From Rebecca billardiae RCC1528 (Eukaryota; Protista; Haptophyta): 64,000 nt of DNA. Both the position numbers and the translations under genes were made by a program. The notes under the pieces are model-generated. The model made no database searches. It was given only the letters and a program-made list of their open reading frames with translations, and was not told the DNA's origin. Positions 60,504 to 64,000 of the stretch are shown piece by piece. The first letter of the stretch is position 1. The number at the start of each line of letters is the position of its first letter. The stretch is from assembly GCA_965240325.2 (NCBI GenBank), contig OZ251234.1:1-64000 (forward strand), in the 5' to 3' direction.

Positions 60504-60915
60504 ACCCGCGCCACGCGCACCCGCGCGCGCCGTGCCGCGCCGCGCCGCGCGCGCCACCCGGCTGAGCGCGCCCCGTGCGCCGCGCGGTGCCGCGCGGTGC
60601 GCGCGCGCGGTGCAGGCCGACATGCTGGCCGCTGTGCTGCACAACGAGGGCCTGCGCGCCGTGCTCGTCTCGGAGCGCGGCACAGAGCAGCACATGGTCG
60701 AGCTGCTGCAGCAGCGCGGCATCGCCGTGCGCCGGCTGATGGCGCAGGACGTGGGGCGGGACGACCGCCAGATGCTCTTCGAGCCGGGCCCGCCACGGCC
60801 GGGCGCGGACGCCCCGCCGGTCGAGTCGGGCGTGTGCTGGGAGCTGGGCGTCGCCTTCCCCAACGTGCCGTACGAGGAGCGCAAGGAGGAGCTGCGCCGC
60901 GCGCCGCGCAGCTGA
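58277..60915 (+). CDS. Putative SAM-dependent methyltransferase-fold protein with an RG-rich N-terminus
   Basis: MAYVPPHRR start; VVSIGGGPGFEL, SLDLQPGW, DYAIISNVLIY; introns 59279-59552 and 60444-60615. Confidence 0.7.
60065..60088. repeat. Interstitial telomeric repeat (CCCTAA)4 inside a coding exon
   Basis: Four perfect hexamers read in frame as PNPNPNPN. Confidence 0.9.
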
Positions 60916-62145
60916 GCCGGCCGCGCGGAGGGCGGGCGCGCGCAGGGCGGGCGGAGGGCGGGCGCGCCGCCGCCGAGGGCGCGGGGGCGCGCGCCACAGC
61001 GTGCTCTCAGCTCGCACCGCCCAGCCAGCAGACCTTCCGTCCGTGCTGTGTGGCCCTGAGCGTGGGGCGCGCTCGGCCTCGACCGACGGCCAGCGCTGCG
61101 CGGGAGGCGTCTGCCCCTCTGCCTCGGGAGCACTCGGCCGGGAGGGGTGCAGCAGGTCCGCTTCGTGCTCTCGCCGGCGAGGCGCCTCTGCCACGCGCCA
61201 CGCGCGCCCGTACAGTACGCGCGCCCACGCAGTGACGCGGTGGCGCGCGGCACGCTGGGACCGTCGCCACAGCGGAGCGATGGCGCTAAGGCCGCAAGGG
61301 CCAGCACTGTGTCTCTGGACCCGGTCCGCTGTCGGCGCCGGCGGGTCGCGGGACGGCCGGGGACCGTCCTGCGTCCAACTACGTGCCTACGGGCACTAAA
61401 TACTACCGACGACAATAAGCAGCAGTGACAATAACGTCAAAATATACTACCGCCCCCGGGCCATTAATATTATAGTAATAATAAATATTATAATAATAGA
61501 TTTTTGTCTCAGGATTTTCCCGCCTAGCATGCGCAGGCTATGCAGCGTCAGTCTCACAGTCACTAGTCACTCTCAGTAGTCTCAGTGCCAGTAGTCAGTC
61601 TGTACTAGCTTAACAGATGACATCATCACAGCGCCACAGGACGACTGATGACGATGATGATGGCGTCATCACGGGTAAAAATAGGCAGGCGCGCATGCGA
61701 TTGTGTGCACGCACTAGCTACTCACTGTGCAGTACGCAGTCGCGTCATCAGATCGTCACGAGTCGTCGCACGGCGCGCCGAGTCAGCCGCGAGTGACCCA
61801 GCGCTCGGCGGCCCAATCGGACTCCGAGCGGCGGGGGCGGAGCGGGACGGGCGGCACCGGTAGGCGGCAGGCGGCGGGCAGCGCGGCTGCCCGCCGGCGC
61901 CGCACCGGCAGACATGCAGTAGGCACGCATTGGCAGGGGCAAGCCAATCGGGAGCAATTTACAATGAACAATGAAGCGGCCGCGCGCGCGGGCGGCCGGG
62001 CACGCGGCCAGCGTGCCGCCGCGCCGATCCGTCGAGCGGCAGCTGCGGGGCGGGGCGGGGCGCTGGCGGAGCAGACAGCGGCACAGCGCGCGCCGCAGCC
62101 ACGCGGCAGCGGCGGGTGCAGCCGTGCCGGCGGCCGCGCGCGCGC

Positions 62146-62731
62146 TCAGGACGTGCCACGCCGCCGCGCCATGCGCGGGCGCGGCCACCACCACGCGCTC
62201 GCCGGTGCGGACGGTGCGGCGCACAGCCCCTTGGCTGAGGCGCCGCCCGCCTGCTGCTGCTGCGAGTGCGCGTGCGCACCCGCCGTGCCGCCCAGCGGGG
62301 AGGCGAAGGTGGTCGGCGCGTTCGAGGCGAGGTCGGAGGCGGCGGAGGAGTACGAGGCGGCGGACGCCGAGGACAAGGAGCGCTCGCGCAGCGCGGGCGG
62401 CGGCGCGCGGCCGCCGGCAGCCGCCGCCGCCGCGCACGGTGCGGGCGCGGCGGGCTGCGAGGGCCCCGGCGCCGGTGCGGCGCCGGCGCCCGCGCGCGCA
62501 GCGCCGAGGGCTGGCGCGCGCGGATCGGCGGCGGTCGGCTGTGCGCGCAGCACGCGCGACGTGGCGTCGGCGAGCACGCCCCCCGTCGCCGCCGGGTCGT
62601 CCGCGCGCGCGGCCGCGCCGTCCGCCGCAGCGCTGCCGTCGCAGAAGGGCCGCAGCGGCGCGTCGTCCAAGCGCGCGGCCGCGGCGAGCAGCGCGGCCGC
62701 GAGCTGCGTGCGCGGCGTGGGCGCGGCGGCG

Positions 62732-62762
<31 letters not shown>

Positions 62763-64000
62763 CCCACTCGACGCGCGCCGCGGCCGAGAGGCTCGGCCTC
62801 CGGCGTGGCGGCGGCGGCGGCGGCGGCGGCCCCGCGTGCCCCACGTGTGCGCCGCCTGCGGTGCCGCTGTGCAGGCAGTAGAGAGGCGCCTGGCTGCGCG
62901 CGCACCCCAGCGCAAACGAGGCGGACACGGCCGAGGGCAGCGTGGGGCGGGCGCGTGCGTGCCGCCGCTTGGACGCGAGGCAGCTGCGCGCGGGTTCGGG
63001 GCGGCGGCGCGAGGCGCGCGGCGCGGGGGCACGCGTGAGAGCGCGGACGCGGGGCGCCGCACTCGCAGCCGCCACGCGCCGCGCGCCGCCTCGCTTCGCA
63101 CCGAGGCTGCTCCCACCGCTTGGCGTGCGGCGCGAGGGCGGGGAGGCCGTCGCCGAGCGGCGTGCACATCGCGTACGCGCCGGCGATCAGCTCGACGCCG
63201 AGCACCGCCGCCTCGCGCGCGGCGCTCGAGAGGTGCTCCGCCTCCGCCTCCGCCTCCGCCTCCGCCTCCGCCTCCGCCTCCGCCTCCGCCTCCGCCTCCG
63301 CCTCCGCGCACACGGCGCGCAGCGCGGCCAGTGCGCACGGCACGCGCGCACACCCCGCCTCACCCTCGCCCTCGGCGTCCTCGGCGCCGGCGGACGAGGC
63401 GGCGGACGAGGAGGAGGGCGAGTACGCCGACGAGGTGGACGGCGTGCGCACGCACGAGGGCGAGCACGGCGCCGCCTCGTCGAGCGGCGGCTCGGCCGCG
63501 CGCAGCACGGCGCGCGCACACAGCAGCGCGCCGCGCGCCGCCTCGCGCGCCGCCCCGGCCGGGCCGGCGGCGCCGAGCGCGCCCGCGCGCGCGTAGAGCA
63601 TCGCCTGCAGCGCGAAGCTGGCCACCTCGCACTCGCGCCGCGCGCTCGCCGGCAGCGCGCGCGCCGCCGCGCGCGCCGCCGCGCGCGCGCGCACCGCGCG
63701 CTGCTCGCCCGCGCCGGGCGCGCGCGAGCGGCGCGCGGCGAGCGCGCCCGCCGCCGCCGCCTCCGCCGCCGCCTCCTCCGCCGCCTGCTCGTCCTCGCTG
63801 TCGAGCGGCGGCGCGTGCGCGGTGTGGGCGGCGCCCTTGGGCGAGGCGGCCGCGCTGCGCACCACCAGGCCGGCACCCACCGACTCGAGGCAGCGCTGCA
63901 GCCGCCACACGCCGCCGCCGCCGCCGCCGCCGCCGCCGCTGCCGCCGGCCGCGGCGCGCGCCGGCTGCGCGCGCGCCGCGGCCGGTCGGCGGGCCTCGAT
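62146..64000 (-). CDS. Hypothetical Ala-rich protein, 5' end outside the window
   Basis: GC3-biased frame; intron 62984-63101 joins KRWEQPR to CLASK; (GAGGCG)n encodes an EA repeat at ~63237-63306. Confidence 0.55.

Overview
Left end of a very GC-rich eukaryotic chromosome. The GTGCGC...GCAG introns rich in (GC)n, the extreme GC3 and the TTAGGG telomere suggest a haptophyte/Pavlovales-type alga (inference only). Layout: (CCCTAA)n telomere (1-2054) with an odd TTAAAG tract, an inverted 18-bp telomere-derived array, a ~165-bp subtelomeric unit interrupted by a 1.9-kb TIR element with a 7-bp TSD, and a 212-bp satellite. The satellite is split by a 5,992-bp element (5228-11219) with CAC-initiated bipartite TIRs, no target duplication, and a large DDE protein whose motifs align by eye with RAG1/Transib. 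This element is the most interesting object in the window. From ~16 kb on is a gene-dense region: AMP deaminase, MscS-like channel, Rab1-like GTPase with a hydrophobic N-terminus, GT34-like transferase, delta24-sterol reductase-like protein, SDR, a multi-TM + LRR protein, class II PRPP synthetase, a methyltransferase-like gene with in-frame telomeric repeats, several hypothetical proteins and two non-autonomous TIR elements. Most ORFs in the supplied track are GC-driven shadow frames. All homology calls are from motif recognition by eye; no search was run.
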